DNA from: Phascolarctobacterium sp.
GTDB lineage: Bacteria; Bacillota; Negativicutes; Acidaminococcales; Acidaminococcaceae
Assembly (NCBI GenBank): GCA_034086985.1
Contig: JAXDZG010000002.1
Location: 50,944 to 114,943, forward strand
Reading direction: 5' to 3'
DNA length: 64,000 nucleotides
This document shows positions 48,265 through 58,960 of the stretch, piece after piece (position 1 is the first letter of the stretch; every line of letters starts with the position of its first letter). The notes beneath the pieces were generated by a model, which worked only from the letters and a program-made list of their open reading frames with translations, was not told the DNA's origin and searched no databases. Both the position numbers and the translations under genes were made by a program.

Positions 48265-49194
48265 ATGAATATGAAAGCAATGTTAAAAAAATCCGGTTCC
48301 GTCATCGGACTGGTAGCGCTGTTTGCAGTTATTTCCTGCTTGAACAGCAGCTTTATCGAGCCTAGCAATTTAAAAAATCTGCTGCGTCAGGTTTCCATCA
48401 ATGCGCTGATTTCCTTTGGTATGACCTTCGTCATTTTAACCGGCGGCATTGATTTGTCCGTAGGCAGTATTCTAGCCTTGAGCTCCGTGCTCATGGGTAG
48501 CTTTATTAAGGGTGGCATGGACCCCATTTTGGGCATTGTACTGGCCTGCTTAATCGGCGCCGTGCTTGGCTCTGTGAACGGTGTGATCATCACCAAGGGC
48601 AAGGTAGCTCCCTTTATTGCGACCTTGGCCACCATGACCATTTTCCGCGGTCTGACTTTGGTTTATACCAATGGTAACCCCATCAGCAGCTTAACGGAAA
48701 GCGAAGCCTTCCACGGCTTTGGCCAAGGCTTCTTTTTAGGATTGCCCGTACCGGCCCTCATGATGCTTTTGATGTTCGCTGTGTCCTACTTCATTTTGCA
48801 CAAGACTACGCTTGGTCGCAAAACCTACGCTGTAGGCGGCAACGAAAAAGTTTCCTTTATTGCCGGTATTAAGATTGACCGCATCAAAATTTTCGCTTAT
48901 ACTATTACAGGCTTCCTTTGCGGTATGGCAGGCGCCATCCTCACCAGCCGTCTGAACAGTGCTCAGCCCACCGCCGGCACCGGCTATGAGCTGGACGCTA
49001 TCGCAGCTGTAGTGCTGGGCGGTACCAGCCTGAGCGGCGGCAAGGGCCGCATTGTGGGCACCATCATCGGCGCCCTCATCATCGGCACCTTGAATAACGG
49101 CCTGAATATCTTAAACGTATCCAGCTTCTACCAACAAGTTGTCAAAGGTATTGTAATTTTGCTGGCAGTCCTCATGGACCGCAAAAAGTCTTAA
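48265..49194 (+). CDS. rbsC: Ribose ABC transporter permease
   Basis: GGIDLSVGS, PFIATL, YAVGGN, YELDAIAAVVLGGTSL.GG.G. Confidence 0.92.
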   Translation: MNMKAMLKKSGSVIGLVALFAVISCLNSSFIEPSNLKNLLRQVSINALISFGMTFVILTGGIDLSVGSILALSSVLMGSFIKGGMDPILGIVLACLIGAVLGSVNGVIITKGKVAPFIATLATMTIFRGLTLVYTNGNPISSLTESEAFHGFGQGFFLGLPVPALMMLLMFAVSYFILHKTTLGRKTYAVGGNEKVSFIAGIKIDRIKIFAYTITGFLCGMAGAILTSRLNSAQPTAGTGYELDAIAAVVLGGTSLSGGKGRIVGTIIGALIIGTLNNGLNILNVSSFYQQVVKGIVILLAVLMDRKKS

Positions 49195-49218
49195 TTTATT
49201 TTAGGAGGAATCTTCCCA

Positions 49219-50133
49219 ATGAAAAAACTTCTTTTAGTACTCTCTTTAATCGTAGCTATGGCTATGATGATTGTTGGCTGCGGTGGCGGCGACAAGAAGG
49301 ATGCTGCTAAGGACGGCGCTAAGAAAATCACCGTTGGCTTTGCCGTATCCACCCAAAACAACCCCTTCTTCGTAGACCTGGCTAAAGGCGTGCAAGCTAA
49401 GGCTAAGGAAATGGGCGTTAATGTAAAAATCGTTGACGCACAAAACGACCCCGCTAAGCAAGCTAACGACATTGCTGACCTGCTGCAATCCAACATCAGC
49501 GTGCTGCTGGTTAACCCTGTTGACTCCGCTGCTATCTCCACCTCTGTAAAGGCTGCTAACAAGGCTAATATCCCCGTAGTATGCCTGGACCGCAGCGCTG
49601 ACGCTGGTAAGGTAGTATCCCTGGTTGCATCTGATAACGTAAAGGGCGGCGAAATGGCTGCTGAATACATTATCAAAAAGCTGGGCGAAAAGGTAAAGGT
49701 TGCTGAATTGGAAGGTATCCCCGGCGCATCCGCTACTCGTGAACGTGGCCAAGGCTTCCACAAGCTGGCTGACAGCAAGCTGACCGTTGTTGCTAAGCAA
49801 TCCGCTGATTTCGACCGTTCCAAGGGCTTGACCGTAGCTGAAAACATGCTGCAAGCTAACCCGGATGTAAAGGCTATCTTCGCTCATAACGACGAAATGG
49901 CTCTGGGCGCTATCGAAGCTGCTAAATCCGCAGGCAAAAAGATCTTCATCGTTGGCTTTGACGGCACCGCTGACGGCGTAAAGGCTGTAGAAAACGGCAC
50001 CATGAGCGCAACCATCGCTCAACAACCGGAAGTAATGGGCAAGCAAGGTTTGGAAGTAGCTGTTAAAGCTGCTAAGGGCGAAAAGGTTGAAGCTAAGGTT
50101 TCTGCACCCCTGAAGCTCATCGAAAAGAAATAA
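49219..50133 (+). CDS. rbsB: Ribose ABC substrate-binding lipoprotein
   Basis: Lipobox IVGC; STQNNPFF, NPVDS, DRS, ADFDR.KG, NDEMALGA, GFDG. Confidence 0.92.
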   Translation: MKKLLLVLSLIVAMAMMIVGCGGGDKKDAAKDGAKKITVGFAVSTQNNPFFVDLAKGVQAKAKEMGVNVKIVDAQNDPAKQANDIADLLQSNISVLLVNPVDSAAISTSVKAANKANIPVVCLDRSADAGKVVSLVASDNVKGGEMAAEYIIKKLGEKVKVAELEGIPGASATRERGQGFHKLADSKLTVVAKQSADFDRSKGLTVAENMLQANPDVKAIFAHNDEMALGAIEAAKSAGKKIFIVGFDGTADGVKAVENGTMSATIAQQPEVMGKQGLEVAVKAAKGEKVEAKVSAPLKLIEKK

Positions 50134-50194
50134 TTTAAAGCCAATTATTTGACCAACAAGATATTACTCACTTCCTGACAACTTGTGAGAACAC

Positions 50195-50229
50195 AGAAAC
50201 CCTCGTAGTATATGCTACGGGGGTTTTCT
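50195..50229 (+). terminator. rbs operon terminator
   Basis: AAACCCTCGTAG / CTACGGGGGTTTT stem with T tail. Confidence 0.75.
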
Positions 50230-50346
50230 TATGCCTTGATGAAAGCGTTTGAAACAGGCTTGTAAGGCAAAAGCACACAAATTTTGTAAACTGCTTTACA
50301 CAAATAAACGATTTACAAAAAGCTATAAGTATTTTGTAAAAAATAG

Positions 50347-50375
50347 TTGACGCCCACTAGAAGTGGTAGTACAAT
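50347..50375 (+). promoter_or_regulatory. trp operon promoter
   Basis: TTGACG-N17-TACAAT. Confidence 0.75.
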
Positions 50376-50404
50376 AGGCACAACTTCAAAAAAGACCACA
50401 AACC

Positions 50405-50685
50405 GTTGAGATGGAGATCAAATCGGTAGATGCGCTTACAGAGAGTCCGGGGAGCTGAAAGCCGGGTAGAGATGCAGACCGACAAATGGACCATTGAGGG
50501 TGCAGTCAAATCGAGCTTTAGGGTTCTTAGGCTTGAGAGTATTCTGCAACGTAACGCCTGCGTTAGGGGCGAGGGATGTGATGGCATCCTGCTAGAGTGC
50601 GCTACAAGTAGCGAAACAAGGTGGTACCGCAGGTATATGTATAGTATGGCCTGTCCTTGATATGTTCGAGGACGGGTCTTTTTTA
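50405..50685 (+). ncRNA. Trp T-box riboswitch leader
   Basis: AGAGA and GCTGA stem-I motifs, specifier TGG (50487-89), T-box AAGGTGGTACCGC (50618-30), terminator GCCTGTCCTTG/CGAGGACGGGT-T6; precedes trpE. Confidence 0.92.
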
Positions 50686-50708
50686 TTGTAGTAATACGAG
50701 GTGACAAG

Positions 50709-52172
50709 ATGTTGAATTTGACTTTGGAGCAGGTCAAGGCTTATGGCCAGGAGTACAAGGCCGTGCCCGTGGCTAAGGAATGCTTGGCCGATATGCTGAC
50801 GCCCCTGGCCTTCCTGGATAATGTACGGCGCAGCAGCCGCACCTATTTTCTTTTAGAAAGTATCGAGGGCGGTGAGCACTGGGCTCGCTACTCCTTCGTG
50901 GGCTATGACCCGGTGCTGCGGCTAAAGATTACCGATGGCAATGCGGAAATCATCAGCGGCGCAGCGGTGAAGTATCAGGAAAAGGATCCCCTGAATTGCA
51001 TCCGCAATATTCTGGCCGAGTACAAGGCTCCTCAAATCGAGGGTCTGCCCAATTTCACCGGCGGCCTGGTAGGTACCTTCGGCTTCGACTTCATGCGCTA
51101 CTGCGAGCCCGATATGAAGGTCAACAAGGAGCGCAAGGCGGATTTCGCCGATGTGGACTTGATGCTTTTCGATAAGCTTATCGCCTTTGATCATCTGAAG
51201 CAAAAAATCTTCTTGATTGCCAATGTGAAGACCGACAACGTAGAAGTGAACTACGCTAGGGCGGAGCGGGAAATAGCGGCCATGGAAAAAATGCTGCTCA
51301 TGCCCATCCAACCCTTCAATCCGCCGAGAGCGAAGCTGGGTAAATTTACCAGCAACCAAAGTCGAGAGCAATATAATGCCAACATCCTCAAATGCAAGGA
51401 ATACATCAAAAACGGCGATGCCTTCCAAATTGTGTATGCACAAAAATTCAGCGCCACCTATGATCAGGACTTATTCAGCGCTTATCGTTATTTAAGAACC
51501 ACCAACCCCAGCCAATACATGGTTTTCATGCATAATGATGATGTGGAAATCGCCGGTAGCTCTCCGGAGACGCTGCTCAAGGTAGTGGGACGCAAGGTCA
51601 TTAGCATGCCCATTGCAGGCACCAGACGGCGTGGCAAGACCTTAGAAGAGGACTTGGCACTGGAAGCGGAGCTTCTGGCCGATGAAAAGGAAACCGCCGA
51701 GCACAATATGCTGGTGGACCTAGGCCGCAACGATGTGGGGCGTGTCTGTGACTTCGGTACCGTGAAAGTCAGCGACTACAAGGCCATCAAGCGCTTCAGC
51801 CATGTGATGCACATCACCAGCAAGGTGACAGGCCAGCTCAGTGAGGATAAGGATGCGCTGGATGCGCTGAGAGCAGTATTTCCCGCCGGTACTCTTAGCG
51901 GTGCACCAAAGATTAGAGCCTGCGAGATTATCGACGAGCTGGAGCCGGAGCGCCGTGGTATCTACGGCGGTGGCATGGGCTATCTGGACTTCGGTGGCAA
52001 CATGGACATCTGCATTACCATCCGCACCATGGTGAAGAAGGGCGATAGGGTCTACATCCAAGCTGGTGGCGGCATCGTCTTTGACAGCGTGGTAGACAAT
52101 GAATTCCAAGAGACAGTGAATAAGGCCGGGGCCTGCATGAACGCCCTGCGCATGACGGCAGAGGAGGAGTAA
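50709..52172 (+). CDS. trpE: Anthranilate synthase component I
   Basis: LLESIEGGE.W.RYS, NPSQYM, PIAGTR, EHNMLVDLGRND, PAGTLSGAPK. Confidence 0.96.
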   Translation: MLNLTLEQVKAYGQEYKAVPVAKECLADMLTPLAFLDNVRRSSRTYFLLESIEGGEHWARYSFVGYDPVLRLKITDGNAEIISGAAVKYQEKDPLNCIRNILAEYKAPQIEGLPNFTGGLVGTFGFDFMRYCEPDMKVNKERKADFADVDLMLFDKLIAFDHLKQKIFLIANVKTDNVEVNYARAEREIAAMEKMLLMPIQPFNPPRAKLGKFTSNQSREQYNANILKCKEYIKNGDAFQIVYAQKFSATYDQDLFSAYRYLRTTNPSQYMVFMHNDDVEIAGSSPETLLKVVGRKVISMPIAGTRRRGKTLEEDLALEAELLADEKETAEHNMLVDLGRNDVGRVCDFGTVKVSDYKAIKRFSHVMHITSKVTGQLSEDKDALDALRAVFPAGTLSGAPKIRACEIIDELEPERRGIYGGGMGYLDFGGNMDICITIRTMVKKGDRVYIQAGGGIVFDSVVDNEFQETVNKAGACMNALRMTAEEE

Positions 52173-52175
52173 AAC

Positions 52176-52742
52176 ATGATTTTAATTATCGACAATTATG
52201 ACAGCTTTACTCATAATCTGTACCAGCTCATCGGCGAAATTAACCCGGATATCAAGGTTGTACGCAATGATAAAATCACCATTACTGAGATAGAAGCGCT
52301 AAACCCCGACCACATTATTATTTCCCCGGGTCCGGGCAATCCCCAGCAAGCAGGCATCTGCCTAGAGGTGATTAAGCGCCTCAGCGGGAAATATCCCATC
52401 TTGGGCGTATGCCTCGGCCATCAGGCCATAGGTGAAGCCTTCGGCGGTAAGGTAGTGCATGCACCGGAAATCGTCCATGGCAAGAGCGATAAGGTGTATA
52501 TCTTAAAGGAGAGTCCACTCCTAGCAGGCATGGAAAACGGCTTCCAAGCCGCTCGCTATCACTCCTTGATTGTGGAGCCAGAGAGCTTGCCTCAGTGCCT
52601 TGAGGTGATTGCCGAGACGGCCAAGCACGAGATTATGGCCCTGCAGCACAAGGAATACAAGGTCTATGGCGTACAGTTCCATCCCGAGTCCATCATGACA
52701 CCTGAGGGCAGAACCATTCTCAAAAATTTCTTAAGTTTATAA
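52176..52742 (+). CDS. trpG: Anthranilate synthase component II
   Basis: IDNYDSFT, ISPGPG, GVCLGHQ, ARYHSL, QFHPES. Confidence 0.96.
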   Translation: MILIIDNYDSFTHNLYQLIGEINPDIKVVRNDKITITEIEALNPDHIIISPGPGNPQQAGICLEVIKRLSGKYPILGVCLGHQAIGEAFGGKVVHAPEIVHGKSDKVYILKESPLLAGMENGFQAARYHSLIVEPESLPQCLEVIAETAKHEIMALQHKEYKVYGVQFHPESIMTPEGRTILKNFLSL

Positions 52743-52826
52743 GGCTTGTTATCCCGTAAAGAATGCGGGACACTGGTCAAGCTGAAAAATATAAAAATTA
52801 CTGTTTTTAATAAGGGAGAGATAAAC

Positions 52827-53843
52827 ATGATTAAGGAAGCAATTGTAAAAATCGTAGATAAAAAGGATTTGACCTATGACGAGGCCTATGCGGTAATTAA
52901 CGAGATTATGAGCGGCGAGACCAGCGCCACCCAAAACGCCGCCTTCCTGGCCGCCCTGTCCACCAAGAGCACCACCGCTGAAACCACCGACGAAATCGCT
53001 GGCTGCGCCGCCGCCATGCGCGACCACGCTACCAAATGCGAAACCGGCATGGATGTCTTTGAAATCGTGGGCACCGGCGGCGACAACGCCAACAGCTTCA
53101 ACATTTCCACCACCTCTGCGCTGGTGGCAGCAGCCGGCGGCATGAAGGTGGCTAAGCACGGCAACCGCGCTGCCTCCTCCAAATGCGGCACCGCTGATTG
53201 CCTTGAAGCCCTGGGCGTAAACATCCAGCAGGATCCGGAAAAATGCGTGGAGCTCCTAAAAGAAGTAGGCATGTGCTTCTTCTTCGCTCAAAAATACCAC
53301 ACTTCTATGAAGTACGTAGGCCCCATCCGTAAGGAGCTGGGCATCCGCACCGTGTTCAACATCTTAGGCCCCTTGACCAACCCCGGCAGCCCCAAGCTGC
53401 AGCTTTTGGGCGTGTATGACGAGTATTTAGTACAGCCTCTGGCTCAGGTATTGATTAATTTGGGCGTAAAGCGCGGCATGGTTGTCTATGGACAGGACAA
53501 GCTGGACGAGATTTCCCTCAGCGCACCCACCACCGTGTGCGAATTCAAGGACGGCTGGATGAAAAATTATGTGATTAAGCCGGAGGACTTTGGCTTCGAG
53601 CGCTGCACCAAGGCCGATTTACTGGGCGGTCTGCCGGAGCAGAATGCTAAGATTACCAGAGCGATTTTAAGTGGCGTGCAAGGCCACAAGCGCAATGCAG
53701 TGCTGATGAACGCTGGTGCAGCGCTCTACATCGGTGGCAAGGCTGAGAGCCTTGCCGATGGCATCAAGCTGGCAGCAGAAATTATCGACAGCGGCAAGGC
53801 CTTGGCAACGCTGGAGAAATTCATCGAGGTAAGCAATAAATAA
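52827..53843 (+). CDS. trpD: Anthranilate phosphoribosyltransferase
   Basis: [30 protein letters not shown]; RBS GGGAG before ATG 52827. Confidence 0.96.
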   Translation: MIKEAIVKIVDKKDLTYDEAYAVINEIMSGETSATQNAAFLAALSTKSTTAETTDEIAGCAAAMRDHATKCETGMDVFEIVGTGGDNANSFNISTTSALVAAAGGMKVAKHGNRAASSKCGTADCLEALGVNIQQDPEKCVELLKEVGMCFFFAQKYHTSMKYVGPIRKELGIRTVFNILGPLTNPGSPKLQLLGVYDEYLVQPLAQVLINLGVKRGMVVYGQDKLDEISLSAPTTVCEFKDGWMKNYVIKPEDFGFERCTKADLLGGLPEQNAKITRAILSGVQGHKRNAVLMNAGAALYIGGKAESLADGIKLAAEIIDSGKALATLEKFIEVSNK

Positions 53844-53939
53844 GCAGGGTGCCGAGCAAGGACGAGGCACGCAATGCTTAAAGTGAAATGCTTAAAATAG
53901 AATGCGTTAAGAAGAAACTAAGTTAAAGGATACATTGAC

Positions 53940-54716
53940 ATGATATTAGACGATATTGCAGATTACACTAAGCTGAGAGTGAAGCGCTTAAAGGAACAAA
54001 AAAGTCTTTATGCAGTACGGGATGAGGCTGAAGGAAGGCCCGCTGGTAAAGACTTTCAAGCAGCCTTAGCTGCTCCGGGGTTGAGTGTAATTGCAGAATT
54101 AAAGCAGGCCTCGCCCTCCAAGGGGCTCATCGCCCCTGGCTTCGAGGGCCTCTACCTGACCAAGGCCCGTCAGTATGAAGAGGGCGGCGCCGCCGCCATC
54201 TCCTGCCTGACGGAGCCGCGGTTCTTCCTCGGCAGCGACGAGTACCTGCGCCAGGTACGGGCAGCGGTGGAGCTGCCCATCCTGCGCAAGGACTTCACCG
54301 TCGATGCCTACCAAATTTACGAGGCCAAGTGCCTGGGGGCCGACGCAGTGCTGCTCATATGCAGCCTGCTCAGCCCGGCTCAGCTGGCCGAGTACCTGTG
54401 CCAAGCCCACGAGCTTGGTATGAGCGCTTTGGTAGAAGCACATGATGCCGATGAGGTTGGCGCCGCCCTTACGGCCGGCGCTGGCATCATCGGCGTGAAC
54501 AACCGCAACCTGAAGGATTTCAGCGTCAATCCGCTGAACAGTCTGCGGCTGCGGGAGCAAATCCCGCAGGATAAAATCTTCGTCGCCGAAAGCGGCATTA
54601 CCAAGGCCAGCGATTGCGCTGGGCTCAAGGCCGCGGGAGTGCAGGCCGTGCTGGTGGGCGAGGCACTGATGCGTAGCAGCGACCCGGCGGCCATGCTGCG
54701 GGAAATGAGGGCGTAA
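53940..54716 (+). CDS. trpC: Indole-3-glycerol-phosphate synthase
   Basis: IAELKQASPSKG, ISCLTE, LRKDF, GVNNRNL, AESGI. Confidence 0.96.
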   Translation: MILDDIADYTKLRVKRLKEQKSLYAVRDEAEGRPAGKDFQAALAAPGLSVIAELKQASPSKGLIAPGFEGLYLTKARQYEEGGAAAISCLTEPRFFLGSDEYLRQVRAAVELPILRKDFTVDAYQIYEAKCLGADAVLLICSLLSPAQLAEYLCQAHELGMSALVEAHDADEVGAALTAGAGIIGVNNRNLKDFSVNPLNSLRLREQIPQDKIFVAESGITKASDCAGLKAAGVQAVLVGEALMRSSDPAAMLREMRA

Positions 54717-54720
54717 GCTA

Positions 54721-55359
54721 ATGACCAAAGTAAAAATCTGTGGCTTGACTCGCACAGAAGACATTGAGTGCGCTAATAGCGTGCAGCCTGACTTCATCGG
54801 CATGGTTTTTTATGCCAAAAGTAAGCGCGCCGTAACTGCTGAGCAGGCGGCGACGCTGAAGGCCAAGCTGAACCCCAATATCAAGGCTGTAGGCGTTTTC
54901 GTCAATAACGAGCTTGACTTTATTGCTAATTTAGCTCAAGCTGGTATAATAGATATCATTCAGCTCCACGGAGACGAGGATGGAGCCTATATTCAAAGGC
55001 TCCGTGAGGCGCTGCCTAAGCCTAACATTCCCATCATCAAGGCCATTAGAATCCGTAGCGAGGAGTCCCTGCAAGGCTTGGAGGCCTATCCGGTGGACTA
55101 CTTCCTCTTCGACACTTATAAGGCAGGGCACTACGGCGGCACCGGGGAACGCTTTAATCTGGAGCTGGAGTCCATTCATATTCCCAAGCCCTATTTCATG
55201 GCCGGTGGCCTGGACGCGAGCAACATAGCTGAGGTTATCGCGGCCAATCCTAAGGCCTTTGCCGTGGATGTAAGCGGCGGGGTGGAGGACAGCGTCACTG
55301 GGCTCAAGGATCCACAGAAAATGGCAGATTTTGTGGCTCAGGTAAGACAAAATAGTTAA
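54721..55359 (+). CDS. trpF: Phosphoribosylanthranilate isomerase
   Basis: KICGLT, QLHGDE, YGGTG, AGGL, DVSGGVE. Confidence 0.95.
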   Translation: MTKVKICGLTRTEDIECANSVQPDFIGMVFYAKSKRAVTAEQAATLKAKLNPNIKAVGVFVNNELDFIANLAQAGIIDIIQLHGDEDGAYIQRLREALPKPNIPIIKAIRIRSEESLQGLEAYPVDYFLFDTYKAGHYGGTGERFNLELESIHIPKPYFMAGGLDASNIAEVIAANPKAFAVDVSGGVEDSVTGLKDPQKMADFVAQVRQNS

Positions 55360-55425
55360 ACTATTGTATAATAGTAGCATAACACTTTAGATAATATGAT
55401 AAAAAGTTTAGGGAGAGGTGCAAAT

Positions 55426-56610
55426 ATGACCAAGGGTAGATATGGTATTCACGGCGGCCAATACATGCCGGAAACACTGATGAATGCAGTGCTGGAGCTG
55501 GAGGCAGCCTACGAAAAATATAAAAATAATCCTGAATTTAAGGCTGAGCTGGCCCAATTATATCATGAATATGCCAATAGACCGTCCCTCTTGTACTATG
55601 CAGAGCGCATGACCAAGGATTTGGGCGGTGCCAAGATTTATCTGAAGCGCGAGGATTTGAACCACACCGGCGCTCATAAAATTAACAATGTTTTGGGCCA
55701 GATTTTATTGGCCAAAAAGATGGGCAAAAAGCGCGTTATTGCCGAGACCGGCGCTGGTCAGCACGGCGTAGCCACTGCCACCGCAGCAGCTCTCATGGGC
55801 ATGGAATGCGTTGTGTACATGGGCAAGGAGGACTGCGAGCGCCAGAAGCTGAATGTGTTCCGCATGGAGCTTCTTGGCTCCAAGGTTGTACCCGTGGAAA
55901 GCGGCACCGGCACCCTGAAGGATGCTGTCAACGAGGCTCTGCGTGTATGGACGGAGCGCGTTGAAGATACCTATTACGTGCTGGGCAGCGTTATGGGACC
56001 CCATCCCTATCCTGAAATCGTCCGCGATTTCCAAAAGATTATCGGTGAAGAAATTCGCGCTCAAATGCTGGAAAAAGAGGGTCGTCTGCCCGACGTGCTC
56101 ATCGCCTGCGTAGGCGGCGGCTCCAACGCCATGGGCATGTTCTACGACTTTATTGAAGATAAAAACGTGCGCCTTATCGGCGTGGAGGCTGCTGGCCTGG
56201 GCGTGGATAATCCTAAAAACGCAGCTACCATTGCCAACGGTCGCCTGGGCATTTTCCACGGCATGAAGAGCTATTTCCTGCAGGATGAATACGGCCAAAT
56301 CGCGCCTGTATATTCTATTTCCGCAGGTCTGGACTATCCCGGCATTGGCCCTGAGCACGCCTATCTTCACGACAGCGGTCGCGCTGAATATGTGCCCGCT
56401 ACGGACCAAGAGGCTGTGGACGCCTTTAACTATCTGTCCAAAATCGAGGGCATTATTCCCGCCATCGAGAGCGCCCATGCTGTGGCTCATGCTATGAAGA
56501 TTGCGCCCACCATGGACAAGGACAAGATCATCGTAATCAATATTTCCGGTCGTGGCGACAAGGACGTAGCCGCAATCGCACGCTATATGGGGGTGGACTT
56601 ACATGACTAG
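55426..56610 (+). CDS. trpB: Tryptophan synthase beta chain
   Basis: [45 protein letters not shown]. Confidence 0.97.
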   Translation: MTKGRYGIHGGQYMPETLMNAVLELEAAYEKYKNNPEFKAELAQLYHEYANRPSLLYYAERMTKDLGGAKIYLKREDLNHTGAHKINNVLGQILLAKKMGKKRVIAETGAGQHGVATATAAALMGMECVVYMGKEDCERQKLNVFRMELLGSKVVPVESGTGTLKDAVNEALRVWTERVEDTYYVLGSVMGPHPYPEIVRDFQKIIGEEIRAQMLEKEGRLPDVLIACVGGGSNAMGMFYDFIEDKNVRLIGVEAAGLGVDNPKNAATIANGRLGIFHGMKSYFLQDEYGQIAPVYSISAGLDYPGIGPEHAYLHDSGRAEYVPATDQEAVDAFNYLSKIEGIIPAIESAHAVAHAMKIAPTMDKDKIIVINISGRGDKDVAAIARYMGVDLHD

Positions 56611-57385
56611 AATTCAGGAAGCATTTGCAAAAAATAAAAAGCTGTTCATCGGCTTCGTTACCGCCGGTGACCCCAATCTGGCTACCACCAAGGAGCTGGT
56701 GCTGGCCATGGTGAAGGCCGGGGTAGGCATCGTGGAGTTTGGCATTCCTTTCTCCGACCCTGTGGCCGAAGGTCCCGTCATCCAGCGCGCTGATTTGCGT
56801 GCTCTGGAGGCAGGCACTACCACCGACAAGATTTTCGACCTGGTAGCCGAGCTGCGTAAGGAAACCCAGGTGCCCCTGGTATTCTTGACCTATGCCAATC
56901 CCATCTACGCCTACGGCGCTGAAAAATTCTTCACCCGCTGCGAGGAAAGCGGCGTGGACGGTGTGATTATCCCCGATATTCCCTACGAGGAGCGCGAGGA
57001 AATGCGCCCCTATAGCGAGCCTCATAAGGTAGCTCTGGTGCCCCTGATTGCGCCCACCTCCCGTGACCGCATCCAAAAGATTGCCAAAATTGGCCAAGGC
57101 TATATCTATATCGTGTCCTCCTTGGGCGTGACCGGTGTGCGCAAGGAAATTACCACCGATATTAACGCCATTGTGGATGAGATTCGTCAGGTTACCGACG
57201 TGCCCTGCGCTGTAGGCTTTGGCATTGCCACTCCCGACCAGGCCTATGCTATGGCTAAGGCCAGTGATGGCGCTATTGTTGGCAGCGCCATTGTGAAAAT
57301 TGTGGAGCAATATGGCGAGGCATCTCCCAAATATGTATACGAATACTGCAAGGAAATGGTGGAAGCAGTAAACAAAGCCTGCTAA
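56603..57385 (+). CDS. trpA: Tryptophan synthase alpha chain
   Basis: [34 protein letters not shown]. Confidence 0.96.
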   Translation: MTRIQEAFAKNKKLFIGFVTAGDPNLATTKELVLAMVKAGVGIVEFGIPFSDPVAEGPVIQRADLRALEAGTTTDKIFDLVAELRKETQVPLVFLTYANPIYAYGAEKFFTRCEESGVDGVIIPDIPYEEREEMRPYSEPHKVALVPLIAPTSRDRIQKIAKIGQGYIYIVSSLGVTGVRKEITTDINAIVDEIRQVTDVPCAVGFGIATPDQAYAMAKASDGAIVGSAIVKIVEQYGEASPKYVYEYCKEMVEAVNKAC

Positions 57386-57400
57386 CCAAGCTTGAAGAAA

Positions 57401-57437
57401 ACCCTCCTGTTGTGTTACAATGGGAGGGTAATTTTTT
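57401..57437 (+). terminator. trp operon terminator
   Basis: ACCCTCC / GGAGGGT stem followed by a T run. Confidence 0.7.
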
Positions 57438-57479
57438 GGAGATATCTTAGATATTTTTTGGAAAAGAGGTTTTGCCTTT

Positions 57480-58730
57480 ATGAATAAGATGCAAGCAAGA
57501 TTAACGGAGCGCTTTTTGCGTTATGCAGCCATTTCTTCTCAAAGTATAGCAGGTGCGCCCGTTGTTCCCTCCACTCCCGGCCAACGTCAGCTGGCAGAGC
57601 TGCTCAAGAGTGATTTGGCTGAGCTGGGCTTGGTGGATTTAGAAATCAGCGAGTATTCCGTGCTCACCGGCCATCTGCCTAGCAATCTGCCTGCAGACTA
57701 CCACAAGGTGCCTACAGTGGGCTGGGTTGCCCATCTGGACACTGTTAATGTAAACCTGTCCCCCGATGTACATCCCCAAATCGTGAAGAATTATCAGGGT
57801 GGGGACGTGCTACTGAACGCTGAAAAGCAAATCTATATCAAGGTCAGCGAGCATCCGGAGCTGGAAAAATACATTGGCAGCGATTTGATTACCAGCGATG
57901 GCACCTCCGTGCTGGGTGCTGATAACAAGGCTGCTATTGCTAATTTAATGGTGGCTCTGGAAACCCTGCATGAGGACCCCAGCATTCTCCACGGCGATAT
58001 TTATGTATGCTTTGTGCCCGACGAGGAAGTAGGCCTGTGCGGTTCCAAGAAGATGGATTTTAGCAAATTCCCCGTGGATTTTGCCTATACCATCGACTGC
58101 TGCGAGCTGGGTGAGGTGGTGTACCAAACATTTAACGCCGGCAGCGCTACTATTAAGGTGCAGGGCGTAACTGCTCATCCTATGTCTGCTAAAAACACCT
58201 TGGTAAATCCCACTCTCGTATGTGTGGATGTAATCAATTGCCTCGATAGAATGCAGACTCCGGAGCACACCGAGGGCACCGAGGGCTTTATTTGGGTAGA
58301 ATCCCTGAAAACCAATGTGTCCGAGGCTACCTTGAACCTCAAGATTCGCGACCATAACAAGGCCTTGTACGAAGCTCGCAAGAAGTACATTACGGACGCA
58401 GTGGAATTTGTGAAGGCTAAAAATCCCAAGGCTAAGGTGGAGCTGAAGATTGTGGATGTGTATGGCAATATTGCGGACGCTATTACTCCGGAAAACCGCG
58501 TCTGCGTGGACCATATTTTCGCGGCTATGGCAGAGCTGGGCATCACTCCCAAGGATATTGCTATGCGCGGCGGCACCGATGGCTCCTTTATTTCTACAAA
58601 GGGCATTCCTACGCCCAACTATTTCACCGGCGCTCACAATTTCCACTCCTATGCTGAGTTTATGCCCATGACGGCTGTGGAAAAGAGCTGTCAGATGACC
58701 TTGAAGCTGATTGAGTTGATTACCAAATAA
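57480..58730 (+). CDS. pepT: Peptidase T (M20B tripeptidase)
   Basis: AHLDT, GTSVLGADNKA, PDEEVG, MRGGTDG, PNYFTG.HNFHS. Confidence 0.95.
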   Translation: MNKMQARLTERFLRYAAISSQSIAGAPVVPSTPGQRQLAELLKSDLAELGLVDLEISEYSVLTGHLPSNLPADYHKVPTVGWVAHLDTVNVNLSPDVHPQIVKNYQGGDVLLNAEKQIYIKVSEHPELEKYIGSDLITSDGTSVLGADNKAAIANLMVALETLHEDPSILHGDIYVCFVPDEEVGLCGSKKMDFSKFPVDFAYTIDCCELGEVVYQTFNAGSATIKVQGVTAHPMSAKNTLVNPTLVCVDVINCLDRMQTPEHTEGTEGFIWVESLKTNVSEATLNLKIRDHNKALYEARKKYITDAVEFVKAKNPKAKVELKIVDVYGNIADAITPENRVCVDHIFAAMAELGITPKDIAMRGGTDGSFISTKGIPTPNYFTGAHNFHSYAEFMPMTAVEKSCQMTLKLIELITK

Positions 58731-58746
58731 AAGGCTGGACAGTCTT

Positions 58747-58780
58747 AAGCCTCCTCTAACTTAGGTTAGGGGAGGCTTTT
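58747..58780 (+). terminator. pepT terminator
   Basis: AAGCCTCCTCTAAC / GTTAGGGGAGGCTTTT. Confidence 0.8.
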
Positions 58781-58804
58781 TGGCGTCCACTTTTTAGCAA
58801 GAAC

Positions 58805-58960
58805 TTGCCAAATAGTTGGCAAAATTTGACAACTAAATAAAAATAGAGCTTGCAATATTGGCAAATAGTTGCTATAATTAAGCTAAACAAGAAACTATGC
58901 TAGCATAAGGAGGCTTTAGGTATGCAAACAGAAGATTTACGCAAGCTAGTTGGCAAAATT
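58805..58960 (+). promoter_or_regulatory. Promoter (TTGCAA-N17-TATAAT) with three operator-like sites
   Basis: TTGCCAA-ATAG-TTGGCAA (58805-22), TTGGCAA-ATAG-TTGCTAT over the -10, and a 14-nt repeat TAGTTGGCAAAATT inside the ORF. Confidence 0.55.
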
